DNA of 64,000 bases, taken from NCBI GenBank assembly GCA_964517395.1, contig CAZFEE010000003.1, positions 259,287 to 323,286 on the forward strand. Direction: 5' to 3'. The position numbers were made by a program, and so were the translations under genes. Of this stretch, positions 31,443-42,500 are shown piece by piece (position 1 is the first letter of the stretch; each line of letters starts with the position of its first letter). The notes below the pieces were generated by a model. The model was not told the origin of the DNA and searched no databases. It worked only from the letters and a program-made list of their open reading frames with translations. This stretch comes from an uncultured Nocardioides sp. Its GTDB lineage: Bacteria > Actinomycetota > Actinomycetes > Propionibacteriales > Nocardioidaceae.

Positions 31443-32197
31443 CGTGAAACCACCGCCCACGAACGAGGCGTGTCGTGCAGTACCTGCTGGTAGTCGTCGA
31501 ATGACATCTCGCGGGCGGGCTCTATGAATCCGTGGCCGTTGGCGTCTGGGACGAACTGTAGGTCGGGTCCGAGATCACAGGAGTCGATGCAGTACATGTC
31601 CGAATCCTCACCCGAGCCACCGAACTCTGGCGGACGGCGGAACTCCGGCATGCCGACCGGCGAATCGTTCACCGACATCAACACCAAGGTACTTGCGCCG
31701 AACGACCGAGCCAGCGAACACAAACCATCCGCGCCACCCTTGTCACGACCCTTGCGGGTCGTCTTGGACCCGCCCCCACCGACCTTCGCCGGCTTGGCCC
31801 GCGCGGCCTTCTTCTCCGCATCCGCGGCCTTCTTCAGACCCTTCAGGCTGCTGTTCAGCTCGTCCAGGCCACCACGCAGCTTCGACAACGACGCCTTCGC
31901 CAGATCCTGCGCCTTGCGGAACGACTTGTACGCATCGATCGCCTTGCCCACACCCTTGGTGAGCTTCTTGATCTTCGCCGCCATCCCGAACCCGAACCCG
32001 ACGACACTGAGGATCGTCATCGCACACGCCCCGATGTCCTTGTCGAAGATGCACCGCTCGATGTCCGCGATCCCCGAGAGCTCCTTCGCGACATCGATCA
32101 CATCGCTCGCCACGTCATTCGTCGCCATCGTGTGGCTGATAAGGAACGAGAGCGTCAGCCCGACGAGCAACAAACACCGCACAACGCGTGTTGTCAT
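31439..32197 (-). CDS. Orphan Rhs C-terminal cassette: signal-like leader, duplicated pre-toxin region, first 15 aa around the Hint start, then a truncated toxin tip (Tse2/ART-like, tentative)
   Basis: 31740-32100 duplicates 37376-37736. CSLARSFGASTLVLM jumps directly into SV..SP..MPEFRRPPEFGGSGED...HGFIEP..EM....YQ. Confidence 0.7.
   Translation of the reverse strand: MTTRVVRCLLLVGLTLSFLISHTMATNDVASDVIDVAKELSGIADIERCIFDKDIGACAMTILSVVGFGFGMAAKIKKLTKGVGKAIDAYKSFRKAQDLAKASLSKLRGGLDELNSSLKGLKKAADAEKKAARAKPAKVGGGGSKTTRKGRDKGGADGLCSLARSFGASTLVLMSVNDSPVGMPEFRRPPEFGGSGEDSDMYCIDSCDLGPDLQFVPDANGHGFIEPAREMSFDDYQQVLHDTPRSWAVVSR
31740..32100 (-). repeat. 361-bp near-identical copy of the Rhs pre-Hint region (37376-37736)
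   Basis: Compared by eye; only one mismatch seen, near the 32093 end. Confidence 0.9.
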
Positions 32198-32469
32198 CCC
32201 GGTGGGTCTGGGACTGCGTAGTCGTCGAGGTTGGACGGCATTGACTCGTCGTCGATGAGCTCAGCCGTGTACTCCCGGATTGCGATGATCAGGCTCATAG
32301 GGACCTGAACCCGATCGCTGACGATGACCCAAGCGAGCGAGCACAAGCCCTCAGCCGGCTCACCATGCTCGATGAGCCTGTCGACGTTCGCCAGCCGTTC
32401 AGCCGGAAGATGGTCCGCTGCTCGCCACGCGACCGCACGAACTGCGCCGAGGTACTCCTCGGGAGTCAC
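32194..32469 (-). CDS. Immunity protein for the EndoU tip (MafI-like)
   Basis: GTGA overlap with the EndoU stop. LIEHGEPAEGLCSLAW motif. Confidence 0.72.
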   Translation of the reverse strand: MTPEEYLGAVRAVAWRAADHLPAERLANVDRLIEHGEPAEGLCSLAWVIVSDRVQVPMSLIIAIREYTAELIDDESMPSNLDDYAVPDPPG

Positions 32470-33115
32470 GGCGCATTCCGGATGACGTTGGTCGGGTACC
32501 CGGTCCATATCTGGTTGTTCCGGGTCAGGACTTCGATGTCGATCCCGCCCCTCGTGCCGTTGACGAAGAAGTCGCCCGTCTTGTCGCCCGCCCGCCAGAT
32601 CAGCGATGGGTCGGTCGCCACATCCGAGATCTCGTGCATGATCCGTTCGTCCGACCAGCCCACTGGGAACTCCGACTTGTTCGGGACGCCAGTGCCAGGA
32701 CGATGTCCGCCGCCGAAGGAGCCGTTTGGTCGCACCTCACCCGTCAAGAATATGCGTGGTCCGCGCCTCGCTTGCAAGGTTGACGAACTCATCGCCGCTC
32801 TTTGCGGCGCCGGTTCCGCAATCACGTCCCGTGTTGTGGACCAGGATGTCGGCTGCGCCGACGTGGTACGTGTGGATCCCCTCGACCGTGAGGTTGTTAA
32901 GCCAGATCCCGACGAGTCGTGCCGGGGTCCAGACCCGTGGCCTCGATCCGGTTCCACTGCCCATCAACAACCTCATCACCAGCAGTGAACTCCTCCGGGC
33001 CCTCCCACGCCTGATCAGCGGCGTTCCAGAAGGGTGGTCGTCCGTCGTCACCAACCGGTCCGGCACACCATCGCCATCAGCGTCGACGTTCAGCACCAGC
33101 TTGGTCAGGTCGTCG
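32466..33115 (-). pseudogene. Orphan partial Hint plus bacterial EndoU nuclease toxin tip, frameshifted
   Basis: Degenerate Hint copy ending LVHN. HILDG|EVRPNGSFGGGHRPGTG..KSEFP..WSD...IWTGYP needs a 1-nt frame change at ~32740. Confidence 0.82.
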
Positions 33116-33236
33116 CTCGAGAGAGTCACCACTCTGCTCATCGAGCATTACCAGCACCTCCTACCCATCGTCCACCGACAGGACGTGCGCCACACGGGCC
33201 GTCACTGGCCAAGCCTTCCTACGATGCGCCGCGGTT

Positions 33237-33527
33237 CTATGGTTCGACATCCCAGTCTTCGTAAACCGACCGCCCTGCGGACAAGAGGTCTGCCAGTAGC
33301 CTCCATGACGGCGGCTCCGGGGCAGGCGTCCCTCGCCAGTTTCGGTGAAAGGCGTCCACGTCATCGACGGCATAGTGCGAAATCACCTCAAGGAATGTCG
33401 CCACGTCGGTCCGCTGCCATGTTTCTGGCCGAGTTCGAGCATCGTTGGCGAGTGCGCGGAGGAACGCGGCGAATGCGCGACGATCGGGGATCGCCGCATC
33501 CGGCGACAGGAGTTCGTCAGATGGCAC
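33237..33527 (-). CDS. Orphan immunity protein (DUF7660-like)
   Basis: R.AF..FL..L..D.....E.W...D...FLE.....D...N.....P..PSW..LA.LL.A...YE pattern. GTG after GGAAGAGG. Confidence 0.7.
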   Translation of the reverse strand: MPSDELLSPDAAIPDRRAFAAFLRALANDARTRPETWQRTDVATFLEVISHYAVDDVDAFHRNWRGTPAPEPPSWRLLADLLSAGRSVYEDWDVEP

Positions 33528-33653
33528 TCGGTTTAGCCTCTTCCTTGCTTCAGGCCGAACAGGGCATATTGCACGGTCCGTCCCTCGTTCGTTGTTGTGA
33601 ATTTCCACGCCTCGTCAGCGCCCAGACCCAGAATTCCGGTTCATAAAGAGCGT

Positions 33654-33947
33654 TCACGATGAGAGAGCCAGGAGAATCCACTCCAAGACTTCCGCTGCCA
33701 AATTTTCGATCTTTTCGCGCTCGTCGGCGGAGTACAGCCCAAGGGATCCAACCACCGCCGGATAGATTTCGATCAACACGGCCGCCAGTTCCGTCGGCAC
33801 CGATTTAGATTGGCTCCAATCAGGCTTGGCTGTCTCAACGGCAGCCTTGAATCTGTCCGTCAAGGATTCATTGGTCCCGTCCCCGAATCGGATTGCGGTC
33901 GCGAGGTCAACGGCGACCTCGAAGACTTCACGATCTGCTGGGCTCAT
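33654..33947 (-). CDS. Immunity protein for the orphan ART tip
   Basis: ATG 1 nt after the toxin-tip stop. 97-aa acidic helical protein. Confidence 0.75.
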   Translation of the reverse strand: MSPADREVFEVAVDLATAIRFGDGTNESLTDRFKAAVETAKPDWSQSKSVPTELAAVLIEIYPAVVGSLGLYSADEREKIENLAAEVLEWILLALSS

Positions 33948-33948
33948 A

Positions 33949-34631
33949 TCAGCGCAACCTTACCGCCGATGCGGGAATCGGACCAGCGACCAGAACCTCG
34001 CGGGAAGCATTAGCAAAGTTCTGAGCGATCACGTGGCCGGGCAGATGGCTCTCCCGACCCACTGCCGTGCTGAGATCAACAATAGGACTCTCGACTAGCA
34101 AAAGGTCGATCTCGACAATCCTGTTGCCAGTCTTCGCTGCCCACTTCTCGGCAACGGCAAGGTCACGAGTTGTCCAGATGAACTGGGTGTCTAAGCGCGA
34201 GCCGCTGCGAACGTGTGCCGCCACTGAGTAGCTCGCGTCGGGGTTCTTCGCGCTCAGGCCGGCCGTGACATCCTCATCAGACCGGATGACTCGGTACACG
34301 GTTCCGCAGCTGTCACCCGTGTTGTGAACCAGGACGTCGGCTGCACCGAGGTGGTAGGTGTGGATCCCCTCGACCGTGAGGTTGTAAGCCAGGTCCCGAC
34401 GCGTCGTGCCCGGGTCCAGACCCGTGACCTCGATCCGGTTCCACTGCTCATCAACAACCTCATCACCAGCAGTGAACTCCTCCGGGCCCTCCCACGCCCC
34501 CTCGGTAGCGTTCCAGAACGGGTGATCCTCCGTCGTCACCAACCGATCCGGCACACCATCACGATCCGCATCGACGTTCAGCACCAGCTCGGTCAGGTCG
34601 TCGTGGTGCACCCACAGGTGCGTGACCCGCT
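33949..34631 (-). pseudogene. Orphan cassette: partial Hint repeat plus R-S-E type ADP-ribosyltransferase-like toxin tip
   Basis: ~34320-34631 repeats the Hint of the main gene (~36925-37235). Tip VYRVIR...HVRSGS..TQFIWTT...SREVLV.GPIP. No N-terminal delivery part. Confidence 0.78.
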
Positions 34632-35174
34632 TGAGAGCGAAGGCGGACCCTGAGCTTCCGCATACCCTAGGTAGTCCAGCTCTCGACGTGCGCCCTCAGC
34701 GAGAGGGCCTCCGCGTTTGCTCGCACACTGCTCAAGGAAGTAGATCACTCGCGGCTTTACATCAGGAGCGATCGCCACCGTGAGCGACAGAAGATCTATC
34801 AGCGTCGAAGCTTCACCCAGCGTTCCTGACTCAAGCAGGTTTCCGAGCATCCCGATGTCAGCCGTCATTGACTTCGCAACCCTCGTCCTAACCGGTTCGT
34901 CCGAGTGATGAGCGGCCCCGACTATGACCAGCATGAGATCTAGTGCATGGACACGAACACTTCAGTCCATCGAATAGAGATGGCTCCGCAGAACGTCCAG
35001 CACGACCGTCGCTGAGCCGGTCATTCCTTGTGATGTGGGTGCCACCAGCTCTTCTACGGTCGCTGCGCAACTGGTCGCGTCGGTGCGATCGAGCGTTGTC
35101 AGCAAACGATTCAGCGTCTCGCCCATGTTCCGCCCCAGCACTCCTGTCTGGACCAGGTAGTCAAGATCCCACAT
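34593..35174 (-). pseudogene. Orphan immunity gene with an internal nonsense codon
   Basis: ATG 35174 with GGGGAG RBS. After TGA at 34962-34964 the same frame continues (LYSMD*SVRVHALDLMLVIVG...). Confidence 0.65.
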
Positions 35175-35390
35175 CGGGTGCTCCCCTAGTCGCCGAGAAG
35201 GAAATCGGTTTGAACTCGACCGTCGGGTCAACGAATGCCTCTCGGCCATGTGCGCCTTCGCAGATCGGACACACCCTGACTGGGTCCGGGGCGCGCCCCG
35301 AACCGCGAGGTCGAAGGGCATTGCCGAGCACTACCTCCGATGGATCGCCTCCAAGCATTCGCAAGGTGCAAGCTTCTGCAGGCTCTCGCA
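35161..35390 (-). pseudogene. Truncated toxin tip remnant, possibly deaminase-like
   Basis: AEAC....LGGDPSEV.LGNALRPR......VRVCPICE. Its stop overlaps the start of the next immunity gene. Confidence 0.45.
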
Positions 35391-35403
35391 GGCAGGCGCT
35401 ATG

Positions 35404-35432
35404 ACCGGGCGAGGATCCGCGGATTCTGCCGC
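35404..35432. repeat. Copy 2 of the palindromic-core direct repeat
   Basis: GGCGAGGATCCGCGGATTCT at 35408-35427. Confidence 0.8.
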
Positions 35433-35514
35433 TCAAGCACGGCGGGCGGGAACCACGGAGAGCTGCACGCCCTCGGCAACGATCTTGTTCGAACTAGCCC
35501 GTGAATGCCGAGAG

Positions 35515-35906
35515 TCACTCAGCCGAGTCGGTCGAGGAAACCTTTCGGGAAATTTCGCGCAGTCTCGCGTCGCTGATCACAAAAGGGCGAATAAAGTCTC
35601 GAATCACATCGGGCCTCTCCGACACCATACTCCGCAACACCGCGTTGGCCAATATCCTGCGTTCGAGAATCCGATTTGTAATTGAGCGCTCATCCCAATT
35701 CAGCCAACCTTCCAACGAGGTCAGCCCCTTCTCATCGCCCGCTTCGATGAGCGTCGCCGTTGCTCATCTACGACAGCAACGTGCAGTTCAATCACGAACG
35801 GAGACAGCCATACGTCCTGATCATTTTCAACTTCCGGAAAGCGTGCCTCCAATAGTGCGCGCTGGATCGCGGTCAACTCGGCTGGCCGTAAGGTCGAAAG
35901 GTCCAC
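35515..35906 (-). pseudogene. Orphan immunity gene split by a 1-nt frameshift
   Basis: ORFs 35721..35906 and 35515..35715 join into one ~130-aa protein (VDEQRRR|LIEAGDEKGLTSLEGWLNW) if one base is restored near 35752. Confidence 0.6.
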
Positions 35907-36152
35907 GTCGATTCCACTCAGAAGGGACTTTCCCCAGCATAGAGGATCTCAGGGCGAATGCTGCCTTGGTGTATCAACTCGTTCGGCATAGTGCCGGGTT
36001 CCGATCTTGCCCTTGCCGATAGACGAATAACGACGATGCGTGTGATCTCCTGGGGAACGCCTTCGGCATGATTCACATCCTTCCAGCGCCGACACAAATC
36101 GACGCAGATCAGATCTCACCTCTCCGCCAAGCAAACCCGCCTAGGCCAAGGA

Positions 36153-36566
36153 CTACGCGATACCCAGGGCGATTGCGCGACGGGTGGACGCCCTTAGGGG
36201 ACCTTCAGGAAGATCTTGTCCTTTGAGCAACTGCCACCGCCCGGATTCCGACTCCCAAGTAGCAACGCGTCGCTCGAACACGATGGTGGCTGCCACCAAG
36301 CTGGCCGTATTCGGCCCAAGTTGTGGGAGCGGTGCGAGTGTCTCGAACGGGTGATTGCGGACCGCGAGCCAATCGACTTCAGATTGCAGGCACAGCCAGC
36401 TGCCCATCCACCCGACCGATACTGTGCCGTTGGTGAGCCTGAGGCACTCTTCCGCGATCGACAGCATCAACGAGACCGGTTCGTATCCTCCAGGAAGGAG
36501 ACGACCGATGTTCGCGCGAAGCCATGCCTCAATGTCCGCGGGCGTGAGATCTTCAGGGCGATACAC
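36153..36566 (-). CDS. Cognate immunity protein of the giant Rhs toxin
   Basis: GTG with GGGAGG RBS, overlapping the toxin stop by 14 nt. Lower-GC codon usage. Confidence 0.75.
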   Translation of the reverse strand: MYRPEDLTPADIEAWLRANIGRLLPGGYEPVSLMLSIAEECLRLTNGTVSVGWMGSWLCLQSEVDWLAVRNHPFETLAPLPQLGPNTASLVAATIVFERRVATWESESGRWQLLKGQDLPEGPLRASTRRAIALGIA

Positions 36567-39500
36567 GGATACCTCCCTGTCGGCGCAGATCGTTGAAGAG
36601 TTCAAAGGCCGAGTCAGGAATGTGCATCTCGTCTCCCGAAAATCTTGGCGACTTGGGACCCAACGGAATTGGCCCCAGCCTAGCGCCCGCGGCTTGGAGA
36701 GCCTCGAAGGCGTCATCTGTAAATTCGATCTTGAGAACGGCGCCTGGTTCACGACGAAGGGCGAAGAATTCGGCGTCTGTGTACTTCGTCGCCGCGTGGA
36801 ATCCCCCTGGGCCGTCGATGTGGCGGGCCCCCGATCGCGCAGAGTCTAGGCCGTTGTTGAGAATGTCGAGCGCGGACTCGACATCAGTGCCGTGATAGAG
36901 CGTCCTGCCGCAATCATGTCCCGTGTTGTGAACCAGGACGTCTGCTGCGCCGACGTGGTAGGTGTGGATCCCCTCGACCGTGAGGTTGTAAGCCAGGTCC
37001 CGACGCGTCGTGCCCGGGTCCAGACCCGCGACCTCGATCCGGTTCCACTGCTCATCGATCACCTCGTCACCAGCAGTGAACTCCTCCGGGCCCTCCCACG
37101 CCTGGTCAGTGGCGTTCCAGAACGGGTGGTCCTCGGTGGTCACCAACCGGTCCGGCACACCATCACCATCAGCGTCGACGTTCAGGACCAGCTCGGTCAG
37201 GTCGTCGTGGTGCACCCACAGGTGCGTGACCCGCTTCGCGACCTGCTCGCCCGTCACCGGATCGGTCGCCAACACCAAGTCACCGATCTGAACGTCCTTG
37301 ATCGGCTTGCGCGTCCCGTCCGCCATCAACACCAAGGTGCTTGCACCGAACGAACGGGCCAGCGAACACGTACCGTTGTCACGACCCTTGCGGGTCGTCT
37401 TGGACCCGCCCCCACCGACCTTCGCCGGCTTGGCCCGCGCGGCCTTCTTCTCCGCATCCGCGGCCTTCTTCAGACCCTTCAGGCTGCTGTTCAGCTCGTC
37501 CAGGCCACCACGCAGCTTCGACAACGACGCCTTCGCCAGATCCTGCGCCTTGCGGAACGACTTGTACGCATCGATCGCCTTGCCCACACCCTTGGTGAGC
37601 TTCTTGATCTTCGCCGCCATCCCGAACCCGAACCCGACGACACTGAGGATCGTCATCGCACACGCCCCGATGTCCTTGTCGAAGATGCACCGCTCGATGT
37701 CCGCGATCCCCGAGAGCTCCTTCGCGACGTCGATCAGCACCGCCTTGACGTCGAACTCCTTGGCCTGCATCGCCTCGGCGTCCTTGATCGCCTTCTTCGT
37801 CGCGTCGCGCTTCGAGACCGCGTCGGCGTACTTCTCCTGCGCGGTCGACGCACGCGGGACCGCACCAGCACTGGTGACGTCGTACTTGCACGTCCCCTCC
37901 CGCACACACATCGGTGCGTGGCCGTCGGAGTCGAGGAGGTTGACCGGGTTGCCGTTCACGTACGAGTACGTGTTCATCGTCAACGGGTCCGTCCCCACGC
38001 CCAGGTCGGTCGCCGAGTTCGACACCCGGTACGAGTCCGGCGTCGTGAACGTCCCCGTTCCCGGGTTGTAGGTGCGGGTGCCGAGCTGGTAGTTCCCCGT
38101 CGACCCGTCCCGGACCTGCCCGCGGTACCACGCGGCGTTGCCGGTCGCCCTCGACGCCGCACCGCTGTTGTGGCACACGCCGTTCGTCTCGGTGCCCGTG
38201 GCCGCCTCGACCGGCGTCCCGAACGGGTCGTACCTCGCGCCGCACACCAGGCTGTGGCCGGTCGAGACGACCGACGTGACGTTCCCGTTGCCGTCGTGGT
38301 CGAGGAACGCCTTCCCGGCTCCGGCTCCCGTCTGCTCGTACCCGACGGCGGTCCCGCCGGAGTCGAGCTGGTAGAGCACCGTCGGGCCCGAACGGTCGCC
38401 GTTGACGGCCTCGGTCTGGCCCACCATCTCCGTGCCCAGGCCGTCGTAGATGCTGCGCGTGGTCCGGTTCGCACCCGCCTTGCTCGACCCGGTCACCTGC
38501 ATGCTGCGCTGACGGTCGAGACCGTCGTAGGTGTACCTCGTCGTACGACTGTCGTTGCCGCACGAGGCCGACCCGGAGGTGACCTGCTTCTCGGTCCGGT
38601 CGAAGGCGTCGTAGGTGTAGGTGCTGCAGCCGTCGTCGGTGAGCAGGCCCGCCCGGTTGTAGGTGTAGGTCCGGTCGTTGGCGGTGCCGGGTGCGTCGAC
38701 CGACGTGATCGAGTTGTCCTGGTTGTAGCCGGTCGTCACGACGTTCGACGTGCCACCGACGTTGACGTCGACCCGGGTGCGGTTGCTGTTCTTGTCCCAC
38801 CCGTACGTCGTGGTCTGCTGGGTCCCGCCCGCGGGGGTGTAGGTCCACCCCTTGACCTGCTGGCCAGGGGTGTACGAGTACTCGTTGGTGTAGTTGCCGT
38901 CGGTGCCCGTGACGGTCTGCTTCGTGATGTTGCGGTTGGTGTCGTACTCGTAGCGGAACTCCGCGATCGTGGTGCCGCTGGCGACCGTCTTCGACCGGGC
39001 GACCCCGTCGTTCGGGTACCACGTCCACTCAGCGAGGTGCGCACCCGTCTGCGCGGTCAGGATCCGGCCCGCGTCGTCCCACGTGTAGCTCGTGGCGACG
39101 TCGAGGACGTCGGAGTACATCGAGGTCGCCAGCCCTGCGTGGTTGTACCGGTACGACGACGTGATGGTCGCGTCAGCCGTCGCACCGCTCGCACCGGTCT
39201 TGTCGGTGCGGACCGTGACCGCGCCGGCTGCGTCGTAGGCGTAGGTGTTCGTGCTCCCCGTGCCCGACAGGCCGGCCCCGGACTCGCTGACCCGGCGCGT
39301 CATGCCGTCGAGGTAGTAGCCGACGTCCGTCGTGATCCCACTCGTCGGGTCGATGACCTTCGCCGGCCCGCCGTTCTGGGCGTACGTCGTGGTGATCGAC
39401 GTCGTCGGACCCTCGAGCGGGTCGCGATCGCGCCCGACCTGGGACGCCGTGCGCCCGTTCGCGCCGTAGGTGAGCTTCACGACGCCCGCCGTCAGGAACG

Positions 39501-42500
39501 CGGTGTTGCCGGGTGTGCAGTCGGCGTAGGAGGCCGACGTGCAGCGAGCCGTCTCCGTGGCGACCTTCATGCCGGCCGGCGAGTAGGCGTAGCGGACCGA
39601 GCGGTAGCTGCTGTCGGTGATCGGCGTGTGCGTGGCCGAGAGCAGGTTGTCGAAGGTGAACTCGTTGCGCACCGGCCGCTTGCCGTTCTCCACCGCCTCC
39701 GGCATCCACGTCTGCGTCACGTTCCCGACGGCGTCGTAGCCGTACCTGGTCACCGCGGTCGTCCTGCCCGCCGTCGTGTCCGGGCCGGGGGCGGTGATCT
39801 GCGCGACGAGGTCGTCGCTGGTCCAGGTCTGCGAGGTCACGTCGAGCGGCTGCGAGCTGTCGGCGTTGTCGCGCTTGGTCTGGTTGCCGTTGGCGTCGTA
39901 GCTGAAGTCGACGACCTCGTTGACGGTCGGCAACGGACCGTTCGTGCCGCCGGTGGCGGTGTTGTCGTCCGGGTCGTATGCCTGCTGGACGGTCCGGCGG
40001 ACGAGGCCGTCCCCGGTGTACGCCGTCTGCGTCAGGTTGTCGTTGGCGTCCTGGTTCCAGATCTCGCGACCGACGCCGTCGTAGCGCATCCGGGCGGCCG
40101 TGACGCGCCCACCCGAGTTCGGGTCGGGTGCGGTGATCGTCGCGGTGAGCCGGTCGCCGGTGTAGCTGTACTCGAGGTAGCCGTTGTCGGTGCCGCTCGC
40201 TCCCCCGTCCGAGGTGGGCAGCCAGGACCGCTTGACGTTGCCGACCGCGTCGTAGGACGTGCGGGTGACGCACACCCCGACCTGGCTGCCGTAGGTGAGC
40301 GGCAGGACCGAGTAGTTGGACGGGTAGCCGTTCTGGTTCGTCGCGGCCTTGTTGGTCGCGCCGGCGGCCTGGTCGACGACGCGGCCCGTCGTGCACTGGG
40401 CGGCCTGCTGGTCGACCGTGCCACCGCCGTCGTTGCCGGACCCCACCGACGTGGTGGTGCTGCCGGAGCTGTTGTCGTAGCGGGGCGCGTAGGAGGCCGA
40501 CGCGAGCCCGTCGAGGTCGTAGTCGACGCGGCGCACCGTGCTGTTGTTCGGCGCGGTCAGCGACGCCGCGTTGCTGAACGCCTGCGGAGGCAGCGTCGCC
40601 ACCACGCGCCCGTCGGCGTCGTAGACCGCGCGGGTGCGGGTGTTGGCCATCCCGTTCGGGTCCGGCACGGCGAACTCGCCCGCGTCGACCGTCGGGTCGG
40701 CCTGCAGGGTCTGCGCCCCCTCGATCGTGTCGAGAGGCCGGTTGGCCGCGTCGTACGAGACCGAGGTGATCATCGCGGCGCGGGTCCGGTCCGCTCCCGC
40801 GGGCTCGTTGGTGACCGCGTCGGCGTCGATCCGGATGTAGCCCGCTGCACCGTTGCCGCCCTCGCGGTTGCCGGCGCCGGCACCGCCGGTGCCACCGGTG
40901 ACGTCGAGGCTCGTGGCCGCCGCCAGGTCGACGTCGGGCGCGGCGAGCCAGATGCCGCCCCCGGCGCCACCGCCACCGCCACCCGAGCTTCCGCTGCCCA
41001 CGCCGCCGTCGGCGCCGGAGGCGTCGACGGAGCCGTTGACGACGATCCTGTTGGCGGTGATCCGGACGAACCCGCCACCGTTGCCGCCGGCACCCGCGAC
41101 GCCGAGGAGGTTCTTGCCGCCTCCACCGCCGCCGCCGCCGGAACCGCGCAGGTAGTCGGTGCCGACGGTGGCGAAGTCGGACGTGCCGGATGCCTTGCCG
41201 GGCAGGCCGGGCCCGCTGCCGGCGGTTCCGGCGTTGCCTCCGTCGGTCTTGTGGCCGCCGCCGCCACCTCCGGACGGGTCGAGGCCGAGCAGGCCGCCGG
41301 AGCCACCCTTGCCGCCGTTGCCGGGGTTCGGGTTGGCGGCGTCGGAGCCGTTGCCGTTGTTGGCGCCCGTGCCCGCAGGTCCGCCGAGCGAGCCCTTGCC
41401 GGTCATGGTGACGACGCAGGTCGAGCAGACGGTGACCGTGCCGGTCGCGTGCAGCACGAGCCCGTTGGGAACCGCCGAGGTGATGTGCGCGCCGTTCTGG
41501 AGCGTGACGTTGCGGTACTGCGCGCCGTCGGGGACCTGGAACGGGTTGCCGGCCCCGTGGGCGATCCCGTCGGAGGAGTTCGCGGCGACCGAACCGTCGA
41601 CGACGAGGTGCCCGTCGGCGCCGGATCCCGTGTTGATCGACCCCGGTGCGCGCACCGCCGTGATGTTGCCGCTCGGGTCGTAGTCCCAGCGGGTCGTGAA
41701 CGACCGGCTCGCCGTACGGGGGACGGTCTGCTTCTCGCGACGGTCGAGGAGGTCGTACGTCGCCGTGGTCTCGTGGCCGTTGGCGTCGGTGACCGAGACC
41801 GTGTTGCGGTCCGCGTCGTAGCCGTAGGCGGTGACGAGCGGTTCCGGCTGTCCGGAGCCCGCCCGATACCGCGTCTCGGACCGCACGTTGCCGGCCGCGT
41901 CGTAGTCGAGGTGACGGGAGTACACGCCGCTGCTGGTGCAGCCGGCCGCGCTGTCGGCCGTGTGGCCCGGCTCGTTGGCGGCGAACTGGCGCGGCGAGCA
42001 GGCGTCGAGCACCCGTCCCTCCCGGTCGTAGTTCCACCGGGCGGACAGGGTCGTGACGCCGTCGTGGTTGCGCGGAGAGTCGAGGCGCACCTTGCGGTCG
42101 GCGGCGTCGAAGTGCGCGGTGGTGACCTGGCCGTCCGCGTCGGTGAGCGTGATCTGCCGGCCGACGCCGTCGTACGTCGCCTGCGAGGTGCAGATCCTGT
42201 GCCCGTCCTGACCGGCGGTCCACTGCGCCGCGGTCGCCGTCCCCGAGCAGCTCGCCGGCGCGTCGGCGGCGACGCCGCGGGTCACCTGCGAGGTGACCTG
42301 CCGGTTGAGGGCGTCGTAGGTGGCCCGTGACGCGACGCCCCGGGCATCGACCGTCTTGACGGGGTTGCCGAAGGGATCGTAGGTGGTGCGGGCCGTGCTG
42401 CCGGGCGAACGGTGCTGGGCTCCCGCCGACCACAGCGGCCGGCCGGCCGCGTCGTAGCCGACCATGCGGTCGTAGGCGGAGGAGGTGATGTCGTGGCCGC

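Noticed and set aside
34962..34964. In-frame TGA as selenocysteine or programmed readthrough
   Set aside because: No redox motif context or evident SECIS; it lies in a decaying orphan array, so a nonsense mutation is simpler.
31740..37736. Repeat pairs as template/variable repeats of a diversity-generating retroelement
   Set aside because: No reverse transcriptase in the window, and the differences are not adenine-specific; Rhs tip displacement explains them.
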